A stretch of 64,000 bases of DNA. It comes from Octopus vulgaris. Its lineage: Eukaryota. Of the stretch, positions 26,863-41,990 are shown piece by piece (position 1 is the first letter of the stretch; each line of letters begins with the position of its first letter). The position numbers were made by a program, and so were the translations under genes. Under the pieces are notes generated by a model. The model worked only from the letters and a program-made list of their open reading frames with translations. It made no database searches and was not told where the DNA came from. The DNA lies in contig OX597826.1 in assembly GCA_951406725.2 (NCBI GenBank), positions 27,218,001 to 27,282,000 of the forward strand, written 5' to 3'.

Positions 26863-27642
26863 GACAGTTTGTCTGTCTGTGTGTCTGTGTGTCTGTCAGG
26901 TTGTACTCTCACCCTGACCACGACTTTCAACCGATTCTGATGAAACTTGACACACACATAGCCCAAAGTCATAATTCAAAACTAACGCAGCGAAAATGTT
27001 GAAAAGTTCACCCAGTTCTAAAAAAAGTCGATAAATTCGACATGGGGTCGAGAATCTAAACTTTTTATATGCAACACATTTTCTGTTGTAGTTTTCTCAA
27101 CTTGCAATCGATTTTCACCAAACTCATGGTGAAGCATAATGTTACCCTAAGAAACTTAATTCTGACGTTAGTTTCCCATGCAATACCTTACCATCAGAAA
27201 AAATCTATAAAATCATGCCATTTTGGGAAATCGCGTTCAAATTCAAGATGACATTTTTTCGACAATATCTTTCACAAATTGGCAGGAATTTTTTTAAAAT
27301 TCACAGCGAGCATCATGTTTGCTCCAAGGAGCTATATGGCCCTTTTTATTCCAATAGGATACTTTATTACTGGAAAAAATCGGTTAATTATATCATATGT
27401 GGCACACATATTAAACACAAACCACAGACTGTCTAGGGGACGCAACTTGACCTTTTTAACTCTCTTGGGAGGCGCAATGATGTTTTCATGGAACATCGTA
27501 TACACAGAAGTATTCGAGTGAAGAGAAGACATTGCAACCTACACATGCGCCTTCGTTCCCTAGAGGGAAAGGACTAGATTGGGATTAGTCGTTGCCTACT
27601 AGGTGCTCTTACATACCAGGGCAACGCCGGGCTATGCTGCTA

Positions 27643-27716
<74 letters not shown>

Positions 27717-27970
27717 ATTTGTGTGTGTGTGTGTATGTGTGTGTATGTGTGTGTGCGTGTGTGTGTATATATGTGTGCGTGTGTGTGTCTTTATGTCTGT
27801 GATTGCTCCCCGACCACCGCTTAACAACGGGTGCTGGTGTATTTACGTCGCAGTAACATAGCGGTTCGGCAATGGGAGAACGATAGAATAGGTACCAGGC
27901 TTACAAAACAAAATCTCTTCAAGGCACTGCTCCAGCATGGTCACAAAAAAATGACTGAAGCAAATGAAAG
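26695..27970 (+). mobile_element. SINE family A split by a Helitron insertion
   Basis: Head at 26695-26802 (GTCCCACTGCGTGG...GAAAGAAGCCCGTCG); body at about 27790-27970. Confidence 0.75.
26850..27643 (+). mobile_element. Non-autonomous Helitron
   Basis: 3' end has a GC-rich hairpin remnant CCAGGGCAACGCCGGG (27616-27631) shortly before CTAG (27640-27643), then T. 5' end merges with (TA)n then AAA..GTCTGTCTGT. No TIRs. Confidence 0.7.
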
Positions 27971-28148
27971 ATTAAAAAATGGAATACTTAAATTCAAAGT
28001 GAATCAAATTATGAAATAAGATTTCCGTTGACGTACATATGGTCAGGTGGTTAAGAGACTGATTTTGTGTCTAAATTTGATATACAAAACGTTTATGGAT
28101 GACCATAATCTCTCTCTGTCTCTCTGTCTCTCAGTCTCTCTCTCTCTC

Positions 28149-28210
<62 letters not shown>

Positions 28211-28607
28211 TATTCCTTTATTCTTTTAACTGTTTCAGTCATTTGATTGTGGCCATGCTTGAGTACGACCCTTTAATCGAAGAAATCTACGCCTAGACTT
28301 TATCTATATAAGCGTGGTGCTTATCCTATCGGTTATGATAACTAGTGTGACTGAACCCGGAACCAAGTGGTTGTGAAACAAGCTTCTTACCACAAAGCCA
28401 CGCCTGCACCTTTATATATTACATATATTATAAGTAAGTGTATGTGTGTGTGTGTTTCTTCCATTTGTGTGTGAGTAAGTGCGTGTGTATGCTTAACCTA
28501 TACGTATATGCATTTACATTTTCATATATACAATGTGGTGCCCCAGGTTGGCCCACAGTCTAGAAAAAAGAGACAAAAGAAAGATGCACACATGTGTATA
28601 TCTATCC

Positions 28608-28642
<35 letters not shown>

Positions 28643-28651
28643 AATCAATGA

Positions 28652-28710
<59 letters not shown>

Positions 28711-29492
28711 GGATTGTCCGCGGTTTGCTTCCGTGTCCGTAACTTAGCAGTTCAGTAAAAGAGATGGATAGAGAAATTTTAAAAGAACATACTGAGGCCT
28801 CTATATATGAAAGAAAACTTAGTGATTACACACTTTCAGTGCGGTGACACAGAATGGAACACAATCCATCGAAGGAAACAATTAATGGAGAGAAAAAGAT
28901 AAAGGATGAAGGATATAAATCACTGAGAAATAGCTATCACGTGAACGATTGTGAAATTGCAATAAAATTTGTTGAAACGAGCGAATTTTTGCTCAGTATT
29001 TTCTCTGAATTGAAAAATGTCCTCAAATATCGCTTTGCTTGTTTCCAAAACCTACGTCACTATGACAATTGAATACTTACATTTTCAGGATTCCGCAAAA
29101 TAACTCAGGAAGAAATTAAAAATAAGCGTGTCAACATTTTTCATATCTCCAGCTGGATACGATCAAGTAATTAAATGTAATTAAACAACTTTAAGTGTGT
29201 CTCACTTGTCAAGCAAAAGCCCCATTATATATTCAACTTAATTATTATTCTAATAACTAATTTTTGCAATTTGCATTATAATTAAGATGATGAGAGTAAA
29301 AATAATTATGATATGCATATAAATATAAACATATTTGTATATGCATGTATATCCATCCATCCATATACATATATATGTATATATGTATAAACACATAAAA
29401 TATATATATCATATGTATATATATATATAACTATATATAAATATATATAAATATACACGTATATAACTACATGTATATGCTGATATGTACAT

Positions 29493-29529
<37 letters not shown>

Positions 29530-30291
29530 ATGTGTGTGTATGTATTTGTATATATATATATATATGTTGTTTATGTGTATACGTGTGTTTACTGCTTGCT
29601 CTTTCTCCCTCTCTTTCTTACTATATATATATATATATATATTTATATGTGTGTGTGTGCGTGTGTGTGTGTGTGTGTGTGTACGTGTATATATGTATAT
29701 AAATATATATATGTATGTATGTATGTATGCATGTATACGTGTATGTATGTATATATGTATTTCTATATGTATTATGTGCAATTAACAGAAAGCAATCAGC
29801 GAAACGACACATACCGATAAAGATAATAAGAAAAGTAATAATAATAATAACAACAACAAAAACAACGACAGCAACAACATCAGCAACGACAACAACACCG
29901 ACAGCAACAACATAGGAAGACTAAACGGCAACCTGTTACTTTCAGTAACGTAGATTCTGAAAGGCGAAATCACATCAAAGGAAGTTAATGCATCCAATTA
30001 TATGCTTCCATATATGTGACAGTGTGTGAGTGTGAGTGTGGGTGCAGCTGTGTGCGCGTTCGCGCGCGCGCGTGTGTGTGTGTGTGTTTGAATGTGCGTA
30101 TGTATTTCTGTGTGTAGGGGTGTGTTAATGAATATACATTTGTGTTTTTGTTTATACACGTATATCCGCTTTACATAGACACAAACAGACACGTATACCG
30201 AGTGGTATATGGATACACGCAGAATGGCATTCCCCTTCAGAAACTCACAGAAATAAACATACCATATATGCATACACACACGTATACCCCC

Positions 30292-30484
<193 letters not shown>

Positions 30485-30626
30485 ATATATATATGCATGC
30501 ACATAACTACATCTATGCATACATGCACATATACACACGCACTCACATACTTATGTATGTATGTATGTATGTATATATATATATATATAATATAAATTTT
30601 ATATGTGTGTATGTGTGCGTGTTTGC

Positions 30627-30659
<33 letters not shown>

Positions 30660-30767
30660 AAAATGCACAGTAGGAATGGAAGGAATGATACAAAATAAAT
30701 AATAACTAAATAAACATCTGTATCTCAGTTGGCGGGTATGTATGTTGTTTGTGTATTTGTATATATA

Positions 30768-30806
<39 letters not shown>

Positions 30807-30839
30807 ATAGCACTGTATATGTATATATCTATCTACAAT

Positions 30840-30903
<64 letters not shown>

Positions 30904-31167
30904 CACGAGTGTTTGTGTATACATCTATATGATTGTTCGATTTTGTATGTATGTATAGTATATAATATATCAAGACTTGAAATATGAAAATAGCAAAAAC
31001 AAACACAAACCAAGAAGATTATAAAAATAATAATATATACACACACACACACGTTCACACACGCGCACACTCACTCACACATACACACACGCACACACAT
31101 GTTTTATATATTATGTATATATATTCCTATGTATTTATTAAAAAATATGTGTGTATGTACATATATG

Positions 31168-31226
<59 letters not shown>

Positions 31227-31834
31227 GCGCATCAGATCGGTGGGTTTCGGTGTTTGTGGTATCATGAAATCATAAAATATAATTTCTGGCAATAATCGTT
31301 AAAACGTAATTAGAGCTAAAGTACATGAGATAAGATGAAATGAGATGAAATGTTATGTGTGGTTGGAGCAAATGCTTTGGAATTAGCTTTTTACTGATAA
31401 CATTGCTGCTCTTTTAATATAAATGTCTGAAGGAAATGGTTTATACATACGAGAGACAGAGGCAGAGAAGTTAAAGTGAATAAGCTTGATATAATATTAT
31501 GAACGTTCATATATATATATGTATATATATATGAAATAGTAATGTAATATAATGTGATGTGTGTTATGTATGTATGTATATGGTGTGTGTTTATGTATAT
31601 ATGTATGTAATGTGTGCAGAATTTGTTGGTACAACGATTTACATCATATATAATCTTATATAGGTGTGATTCACGCATTCGTATAACTACGCGCATCTAC
31701 GTATGTATATTTCTATGTATGTACCTATCTATTATCTATATTCCCATCTGTCTATCCATTAGCCTGTCTGTCTGTCTCTCTTTTTGCCTGTTTGTTCTTC
31801 TGTCTGTCTGTATGACTCTCTGTCATTCTGTCAC

Positions 31835-31911
<77 letters not shown>

Positions 31912-31976
31912 TTATCTATCTATCTATTTATCTATCTATCTATTTATCTATCTATCTATTTATCTATCTATTTATC

Positions 31977-32007
<31 letters not shown>

Positions 32008-32312
32008 CTATCCATACATATCTATATAGAAACATAGTCACTAGACGCATGTGTATGTATGTATGTATGTATGCATGTATGTACGTACGTATGCTCACGG
32101 CCACAGGGTTAAAACATGTAAAAGAATAAAAGAATAAAAGAATATATATACGAACGTATGAAAGCGCTAATTGAACTTTATGAACATTACAAAATATTTT
32201 TTTATTATAACATTGCAAAATTATTTTTAAAAAAATACAGTAACTAAAAACGTGAAAACCAAATCATATAACTTTATTCAACTGATATATCATATCTAGC
32301 TGTATATATATA

Positions 32313-32429
<117 letters not shown>

Positions 32430-32442
32430 ATATATATACATA

Positions 32443-32597
32443 TGTGGCTGTGTGATAAGTAGCTTGCTAACCAACCACATGGTTCCGTGTTCTGTCCCAC
32501 TGCGTGGCATCTTGAGCAAGTGTCTCCTGCTATAGCCCCGGCCGACCAATGCCTTGTGAGTGGATTTGGTAGACGGAAACTGAAAGAAGCCTGTCGT
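32443..32597 (+). mobile_element. SINE family A, head portion
   Basis: GTGGCTGTGTGATAAGTAGCTTGC...TCCCACTGCGTGGCA...GGATTTGGTAGACGGAAACTGAAAGAAGCC. Confidence 0.85.
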
Positions 32598-33021
32598 ATA
32601 TATGTATATATATATGTATATATGTATGTATATATATACATATATATATATATGTATATATAGGTAGATAGATAGATAGATTGATCGACAGATAATACAT
32701 GTGCATCTATGCATGTATGTGTGTACGTATTTGCGTTTTTGGGTTGTCTTTGCATTATCATTTGAATGCACAATACTACCGTATGAGAAAAAAAGCCGGA
32801 TACAAAGAAAAAAAAAACAAAAAAGAAAGAATATGAAAGAAATGATAAAATATCATGACCTAGCTAAATCGGAAGCAAAAGACGGGCGAAAAACGCTATG
32901 TATTCTGTGCGGCGTAGTTACGATTCTGCCAGTACGGCACCTTTGTAGCAGCAACAAGAAGAACAATATTAATAACAGTAGTAGTAATTGAAGTAGCAAC
33001 ATCAGCTGTACTGGTTGTAGC

Positions 33022-33083
<62 letters not shown>

Positions 33084-34134
33084 CTGCAATAGTAGCAGTA
33101 ATAGCTGTAGTAGTAGAAGTAATAGTAGGTGGAGGAGGAGGAGGAGTTGTATAAAACCGAACGGCGTATTCATCATATCATACAAGCATACATGCATAAA
33201 CATAAAAAAAACTGTCGCTTACACAAGATTCGCACAGTTTCCGTCCACCAAATTTCGTCTCTGACAGATGAGGTTTATATAAGGTGCCGCACAGAGCATC
33301 TGAATTTTAAACCATGGACTGGCAAAGCAAAATACTTAAGCGCATAACCAAAATGATCACCCCCTTTTTTTTGTTTAATAATCACATGATTAAGACATAA
33401 CCATGGCAATGTTTTTAAAGAAATGCATTGTGAGCATCATTTCCATAATTTGTTGGTCTATGTGGTCGCAGCATGGCCGAATGGTCAAGGAGCGCGCTTT
33501 GTACTCATGAGGTCTTGAGTTCCATCCAACTTTATGGCATTTTGTCGGGTGTTTTTTTTTCACCTGCTCCTCCTCCTCCTCATCATTATCGTCATCTTCA
33601 CGACCATCCTCGTCGTCGTCATCATCATTATCATCATCACCATAATCATGAACAGCAGCTGCAGCAGGCCCTGGATATCATTTTCCTGAGGCTTTGGCAC
33701 CGTAGGAATTGTTATCCGTTTACCATGGCGTAATACTGGCCGAGGTCATACCACCACCCGTGAACGGGATGTCAGTCCTGACTGAACAGGAGCAACTTGA
33801 AGCATTTATCTCAAGGACTGGTATTGAAACCACGTTCTTGTGATCATGAGTGCAACAACTAACACACCTTTACTGAATGGAATTCCGTTAAAGGGAATTG
33901 TAAAGACGCTTATTGGATGGATTACGCCTCTAATTCCAATGTAAATCCTTCTTAAGCAGTGTATGCTGCTGGTCATGTCTGAAGATTAATAGTGAAGAAA
34001 TCTGTGGAATACTCAGCCACATATATATTCCATGCTAAATTATTAACTCAATAATTCAGTTGATCAAATAACTGAACTGTCATCGTCGAAACCGACTGAG
34101 ATCCATATGATTTTGTTTAATATAAATGATCTGT

Positions 34135-34340
34135 AAGATAGCAAGCTGACATTAGTCGTTAGTAGGCCGAACAAAATGCTTAGCGGCATTTTGTCCGTTT
34201 TTATGTTCTGAGTTCAAATTCCGCCAAGATCAAGCTTACCTTACATCTTTTCGGAATCGATAAAATAAGTACCAGCTGGTTACTTGGTTCGATGAAATCG
34301 ACCTAAGCCATCTCCATAAATTGCTGGCCTTGTGCCAAAA
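34135..34340 (+). mobile_element. SINE family B, degenerate
   Basis: GTTAG...AAATGCTTAGCGGCATTT...TTCTGAGTTCAAATTCCGCC...AATAAGTACCAG...GGCCTTGTGCC. Confidence 0.75.
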
Positions 34341-35608
34341 CATGAAAGCAATATATATGATCGAACACAATGCTGTAGTGTTGCATTACTGAATGAATTG
34401 CCTTGCATTTTATCTTTACAATCGATTGTTTAATAAATCTGGTAAAATCTAATCCTTTATCAACACACACGTATGAAACCAACAAAACTATTTCTTTTCC
34501 ATCCATTGATATTCGCCCAGTAGAATTCGTAAAGTGTTTTAAATAGCAGACAACGTCACGACGATGGTAGAGCGTGATCTTAAAATGGCGGTGTATGGGT
34601 AAACTACGCTCTTATTTCAACTAATATATTATCGACGTATATCATTCATTGCTTTCGCTAATAAGAAATTAATAACATTTTTTATCTTCTACAATAGCTC
34701 GTTATCATATCAGAGATGTTACAACGTAATGGTTATAAAACGTTCTCTCTTAGCAACCTCATTCATTCCTTTAAATATATCTGACAAGATTGAAGGAGAC
34801 GGTGATAAACATAATTTTCGCCATCGCTGCCAACATAACACAGTGTGAATAATTCGTGACACGGAAATAAAAGCAGTGATTTAAGGGATTGCAAAATGTT
34901 CGTATTCAATTCGTTGAACAATGTGTTGAAGTACAAAGGTTGTCCTTCTCGTGTGTCTTTCATATACTTCTATAATGTTGAACAAATGTACGTAAAGTGC
35001 GTATGTATAGGTTGGTACTGAGTTGCATATACAGAACATATACGGTACAGAACGTATACAGAAAGACGGGGATAATTTTGATATGCATTGACTCATACTA
35101 GATCAAAACACCAACCTTATACACATACAAACATATATCGATACATTCAGACACAAAGACACATAGACACGCACATATATGTATATTGGCTATTATATCT
35201 ATAGGTATATGTGTATATGTATGTAAGCGTACAAAAAATACACGCTAGTATATAGACATATATATATATATATACATACATATACATACATATATATATA
35301 TACATATATATATACATATATATAAATATACACTATATACACACATGCATAGGTGGGTACAGAACGTCACCAACAGTAAACAACATGAAATGCGAAAACA
35401 AATGAGTTCAAAACAGAAGCAACGTGAGAAACAAATAGAAAACCGGACAATTAACATAAAGAACGACCCTTCATCAGTTTTCGGCTGTCTACACACACAC
35501 GTATTTATATAAACGCATGCATGCGCGTGTGTATATGTATTCAGACACATAAGCGCATATATTTATATACATACGTACACACACATGCTTATCATCCATA
35601 TTCATCTA

Positions 35609-35669
<61 letters not shown>

Positions 35670-35726
35670 CTCTCTCTTTCTATATATATATATATATGTC
35701 TATCTATATCTAGCTATCTATCTAAG

Positions 35727-35798
<72 letters not shown>

Positions 35799-35901
35799 CA
35801 ATTATAAAAGGGTAAAATTAATTAATTATTTAATTATTATTAATTAATAATTTTACGAAGTAGTGTTCAGTATGTAAAAAGACCATTTACGGTATATTTA
35901 A

Positions 35902-36399
35902 AACATTACGTTATATAATTAGGGTTCAGTAAAAAAATTTACTTTACCACACACCGAACTTTTAGAAATAGCAGCCAAAAAGGTTAGCTATTGCCTCTAC
36001 TATGAGAAAAGTCTCTCAGACAATGTATATTCAAAAATAATTCACGTAGGCATAGACGGAAAAATAACGAAAGGTTACACGTACATCGATTACTTGAGAA
36101 CGCCGTTTTTGGATTAGTTGGATATTGAGATCAACATTTCCGTCATCAGCCCAAAATTTCTTTAGGTTTGAATTTGAGAGCACTAAAAATCGAACATACC
36201 CGTCTGATATGAGTAATCCCAGACAAATCATCTTCGACTTTTCGCTCTATACCTATGGGAATTATTTTTGAGTATACATTGTCTGGGAGAATTTTGTCAT
36301 AGTAGAGGAAATAGCTAAACTTTTTGGCTGCTATTTCTAAAAGTTCGGTGTGTGGTAAAGTAATTTTTTTTTACTGAACCCTAATTATATAACGTAATG

Positions 36400-36401
<2 letters not shown>
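35902..36401. mobile_element. Long inverted repeat (~155-bp arms) enclosing a hammerhead remnant; Penelope-like module
   Basis: 35902-36055 is a near-reverse-complement of 36247-36401; spacer about 190 bp; (TA)n tracts on both sides of the module. Confidence 0.7.
36094..36154 (-). ncRNA. Hammerhead remnant with long stem II (G12 to A)
   Basis: Minus strand TTGGG-CTGATGA-C-GGA-AAT-GTTG-(11 nt)-CAAC-TAA-TCC-A-AAAA-C-GGC-GTT-CTCAA. Stem I TTGGG/CTCAA. Confidence 0.5.
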
Positions 36402-36445
<44 letters not shown>

Positions 36446-37157
36446 ACACACACAAACACAATGACATGCATGCATATATGTATGTGTCCGCCTGCCTGCT
36501 TGCATATGTGTGTCATTGCAAATGAGTGATAGGTAGAAAATGAACAGATATAGAATCAGAACAGGCACATCGAAGTGTAGCGACAGTCTCATGCACTGTG
36601 TATGTATTCATGAAAACAGACATTAGAAAACAGATCTGCAACTACTCTACGTCGTGTTCATAAATGTGTATAACCCACAGCAATATGGCGTCAACAGTCA
36701 TGTCTACGTTATCGCCATACGGACCATTCATTTGGAACTGCACAGATCGTCCATCCTGGCTTCGTTTTATCATGAGCTATTTGTACATCGTATTTTTTTT
36801 TCGGGTATATTAACAACCATCGTCCATATTTTGTCAACATACGTGCCTAGTTTATCAGCATACGGTGCAATGATTGCGTAAGAGGCTCGATGAAGAAGTA
36901 CCTGGCTTTATAAAAGTGATGGGTTTGCTCTGTTCGGCTAATGCAGTTGGTGTCGTTGAACCACCATGGCTGGAGTCCAATGATTGCAACAAGTGTGAAA
37001 GAAATTATATTCATACACTCATACACTCACACACACACACGTTTGTATAAATAAATATTGGTATATATAATTATATATATCATATATGTGTGCGTGTGTA
37101 ATTATATTTGTAATATATATATATATATATAAAATTGTATATAATTGTGTGTATGTA

Positions 37158-37189
<32 letters not shown>

Positions 37190-38727
37190 GATATATAGAT
37201 ATATATATATATGCATACATACATACATACATATATATATACACGCAAAGACGCATATACACACATACTTACATACATACATACATACATACATACATCA
37301 TACATACATACATACATACATATATACATATATACATAAATAAATACAGGCAGCGTAGCAACCTTCGAAGTGATCTTTTTAAATAATTTTAAATTTGACA
37401 TCAGCAATGTCGTCATCCGCCTCCATGTTGTTCGCCTCCAAACCCCTTCTCCTCCACATCCACCTCTTCATCCTTAACATCCGCCCCGTCGACCACCTCC
37501 TGCTTCCCCTCCTCCTTCTCTATATCCGCCTCCTCCCCTTCCCCCTCCTCCCCCTCCTGCCGATTATCTCTTCTTCCACTTTATCTTAATGAACGTCATC
37601 GTGTCTCGTCACTTTATGATGATCATTATTATGATGATGATAATGATGACAATCCGGATGATGACGACGATGATGATAAAAATAGTCTGCTTCCACTTCC
37701 TCCTCTTCCTCCTCACCATCATCATCATCATCATCATTATCATTGTAATCATCATAATTTGTAATCTCAGTAATATATTATGCAATAAAGTTCATGCTAA
37801 CACTATGATGAAAGATACTACCACACCACCACCACTGCTACTACCATTACCACCACTGCTATCACCAGCACTACTACTACTACTACGCCCCCCCACCATA
37901 ACCACTACCACCACCACCACTACCACCGGTGATGCTGCTGCTGTTATTACTACTACTACCACTACCACTACCACCACCACCACCATCACTACTACTACTA
38001 CTACTACTAAATCTGAACCAAAAATCAGCCTTCAGTGTATTTGCTTGATCGGGTGAAAATAGCAGTCAGTTATCACTTAAATCGCACATTTCCTGAAAAC
38101 AAATGGAAATCACTTACTAGTGGAATCCACATGCAGAATCTGAAAGAATATATGGCACTGTCACGGTAGGAACGCCATTGCACTTATATCTGCATTATCA
38201 GCGATGACTTAGTTCACCATGGAGCGCTACGCAAGGCAACAACAACAATAGTAGCAGCAAGAATTAAGAACAACAGCTACTACTACTACTGCTGCTGCTG
38301 CTACTGCCATCACCCCTCCAAAATACTGCGACCACGCTGGGGTACCACATTCAGAGAAAATTCTTAGTGGAATGAATCGCCCCCCGCCTCTCACCAGTAC
38401 CTTAAGCGTGCTACTCATCACAGCAGTTCGACAAAAAGAGGCTGATAGGGAGGTAAGAAAACCAACAGCGGTTATCAAATGATGGTGGTGGATAAAGACA
38501 GACACGAAAAAGGCATACACACACGCAAACACTCGCAGAGACACATACACGCACATACACACACAGACACATACGCACAGACACATAAACATATATACAT
38601 ATATATATGATGGGCTTCTTTCAGTTTCCAACTTTTGAAGGATACCTGACCGAGGTGTCACGTAGTGGGACTGAACTGAGAACCATGTGAATGGGAGGCA
38701 AATTTCTTGACACGCTGTTCGCCTGCG

Positions 38728-38765
<38 letters not shown>

Positions 38766-38895
38766 TATATATATGAGTACATATATATATATATATATAT
38801 ATATATGCATATATATATGAGTACATATATATACATACATAATCATATATATGTATATATGGACATATATACGCATAATACATATGCACACATTA

Positions 38896-38946
<51 letters not shown>

Positions 38947-39043
38947 TATATATTGAGAATTCACAAAAAGTAACAAAAGACGAAGACAGGTGGTGTAGAA
39001 AACAAACAGATGTATTAGTATAACGCTCGGGAATTGAAAAGGT

Positions 39044-39079
39044 CTTTAACGTTTCGAGCCTACGCACTTTCACAGAAAG
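39044..39079 (-). ncRNA. Degenerate minimal hammerhead motif in a ~180-bp module between (TA)n tracts
   Basis: Minus strand CTTT-CTGTGAA-A-GTGC-GTAG-GCTC-GAAA-C-GTT-AAAG. Stem I CTTT/AAAG; shares GCTCGAAACGTTAAA with 25483-25497; core has 2 substitutions. Confidence 0.5.
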
Positions 39080-39132
39080 GAACACAGAAATAAAAAATGT
39101 GTGTAGTGGCTAGCGATCTATCATGGCCAATG

Positions 39133-39164
<32 letters not shown>

Positions 39165-41599
39165 ATGTATATACATATATTAACATATATACAAGGAAAG
39201 AGGGCGTCAGAAACAGTTATGACGCCGACGCTTCGATACCTGGCATGAATTATCATGATGCACGTACATCTTTTCCATCATTGAGATGGTGTCCGGTCAT
39301 CATAATCATCATCATCATAATTTGCATCACCGTCAGAATTACAATAATAAAACATGTTGCCAAAGAAGTAGGACGATACTGTTTAGATTTTCATTCTTCT
39401 CCTTACCCTCCATGACCGTAAGGGTCAACTCAAAATCGTGTGGTCGGCAATTCATAGAATTGTAGAATATCTGGAATTGCTGCCTTCTTTGTTTAAACAA
39501 GCCACATATGGTACCACTGTATGACTTTTGCCGTGCGGCAGGTGTGAATGAATATTTTAAATAATACTGTCTCTATGTGGTCTGAAGCCGGACTATACAT
39601 CATTAATTGCTCTATTCTTCCAACTCTCGCCAGTATTTTATAAAATGCATTTATTCTTCTAGCAAAACTTCAATGATTGTGAAACTCATAATTGTAAAGA
39701 CGTATATTAGCAATATAGCTTGCATGGTTGACTTGCTTCAATCATTGGACTGCGGCCATTCTGGGGCACCGCCTTGAACGGTTAAGTCGAACATATCGCC
39801 TCCAGTACTTTTGTTTGTTTGGCTTTTATTTTATTAAAATCTGGTAATTATTCTATTGGTCTATGTTGCCGAACCACTAGACTATACGGATGTAAACAAA
39901 CCAATACCAGTTGTCAAGCATTGGTGGGGGTGAAAATCAATCGTAAAAGGCACACACGTGTATGTGTCTGTGTGTGCGCGCGTGTGTGTGTGTGAATGAG
40001 TGTGCGTCTATGTACGCATAAGAAAAAAAGGGAGTTTAAAAGCTACACTTGGAACCACCCCAAGTTTGAATCTATAGTTTTACTGGATTAGGTAGCTATC
40101 TATCTATCTATCTATCTATTTTAAATGTCTGTCTGTCCATCTACCTATCTATCTTATCTATATATACAAATATAATTGAGGATAGCATTTTAAAGATAAT
40201 CTCATTCGTGACCAGCATATAAAAAAATACACCTATTTACGTACATTCTTCTTCTATATATATATATATATATATATATACATAATAACATGAAATACAA
40301 TTATAATTAAGGGCACATATATTTCTATGCTTATAGACGTTACATCCATGATATTTTGAAGTGGTTAGACGTATGTAATAGATATGTATAAAGGTGATGT
40401 GAAAACTGGAGTGATTTTTGGATTCCTGCCAGTAACCTTCTCGCTACAATCGATACTCACACCAAAACTTGTGTGTTCTCGGTTCAAATACATTTTCTAC
40501 CCCTATTTCCGACAAATTCAGAAACATTATACCACAAACACTGATTTTATCTGGGTTATTGTTTTGAAAGTAAGTTACCCTCAATATCTGTATCTAGACT
40601 CAAGACAGTTGCTTCTTAAAGATCCGCCACCACCCATAATAAAAAGAAACATCACAATTTTACATTGTAAAAGGATGGTGATTTGTAGTATTAAACAGTT
40701 ATCTTTTTGAATGGCGCCCGTGATTCTTAAGAATATATGTGATTGACCCTTACGGGAAGGAATCTGATGCAGGTTGGCCTTAATGTCTTAACAGCTTTCG
40801 TGAGCCGTATTTTGAGTCGAATGCTTAAAATAAACTCAACCTGGCTTTTCTTCCCAATGACCAAGAAAATAATTCGACTCTACTTCTTTATTCACCCCCC
40901 CCAAAAAAAAACAATGAGGACAATTAGAGGAAATCTAGAAATGTAAAGTGCTATAATTTTTGCAGCATTTGTACAAAGAGAAACGGCAATAGGTTGAAAA
41001 ACGTATGCTTATTGCCAGCGGAAAGGCGGTTGTTGTACGATGCCTGCATTCATTCATGTTTCTGGCAATAATAAACAGAAATCAATGAAGTATTTTGCTG
41101 ATGCATGTATCACTAACTTCATTGTATTTATTGAATAATCCCTCTAGTATTGTCATTCTACTTTATATGACAGTAAATAAGAATCTGTAAGCGAATATCT
41201 TTCAGTTGAAAAGACATCACTGCAATGTGATGAGGGAACATCGCGAAATATAAACATAGCACATGTAATATTTAGAGCAACAATGGAACCGATTCCTTCC
41301 ATGATCAGTTGCAGGAACTGAAGCAAAATAAGCTTACCATTTATTTCCCACAGCAATTCGTGTGTCGGTAGCAATTATACTATATGCAGTTGTATACATC
41401 CGATATCATTTCTCTTTTCGTTTACAAGCATTAACTATTCATAAAGTCTTTAGCTTCATAGACGTTTATATTTATATTATTTGCTGGATTTAAGTCAAAG
41501 ATAATTCCTTCAGACTTGTGCAAAGACCACATGAAACATGGATATAAAAGGTTATAATGAAATGTCATACCATTCTTTGAATATGATGTTATACCTGTA

Positions 41600-41810
41600 A
41601 AATTCTACCTGCCACAAGGGTAGTCATTTTGGAAGAAGGAATGAGTCAATTACATCGATTCCAGTGTTTCACTGATATATACTTTAACGATCCTGAAGGG
41701 ATGAAAGGCAAAGTCGACTACAGCGGAATTTGAACTCAGAACATAAAGACAGACGAAATACCGCAAAGAATTTCGCCCGGTGGCTAACGTTTCTGTTAGG
41801 TCACCGTCTG
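41600..41810 (-). mobile_element. SINE family B
   Basis: GATGAAAGGCAAAGTCGAC..GCGGAATTTGAACTCAGAAC..GACGAAATACCGC..TTTCGCCCGG..CTAACGTTTCTG on the + strand. Confidence 0.8.
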
Positions 41811-41853
41811 AATAATAATAATAATAACAATAATAATAATAATAATAATAATA

Positions 41854-41900
<47 letters not shown>

Positions 41901-41901
<1 letters not shown>

Positions 41902-41928
41902 GAGTGAGAGAGCAGTTCATGCCATCAA

Positions 41929-41929
<1 letters not shown>
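41901..41929 (-). mobile_element. 29-bp 3' tip of the ~540-bp element inside (ATT)n
   Basis: Reverse complement TTTGATGGCATGAACTGCTCTCTCACTCA is identical to 6295-6323. Confidence 0.85.
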
Positions 41930-41988
<59 letters not shown>

Positions 41989-41990
41989 TG

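Noticed and set aside
41227-41258. Hammerhead-like GTGATGA-GGGAACATCGC-GAAATATA
   Set aside because: C3 is absent without compensation, stem II is mismatched and there is no stem I.
41153-41374. Possible host exon (73-aa minus-strand ORF with a GTAAGC donor-like site)
   Set aside because: No recognisable homology or convincing acceptor/donor pair; needs RNA-seq or TBLASTN.
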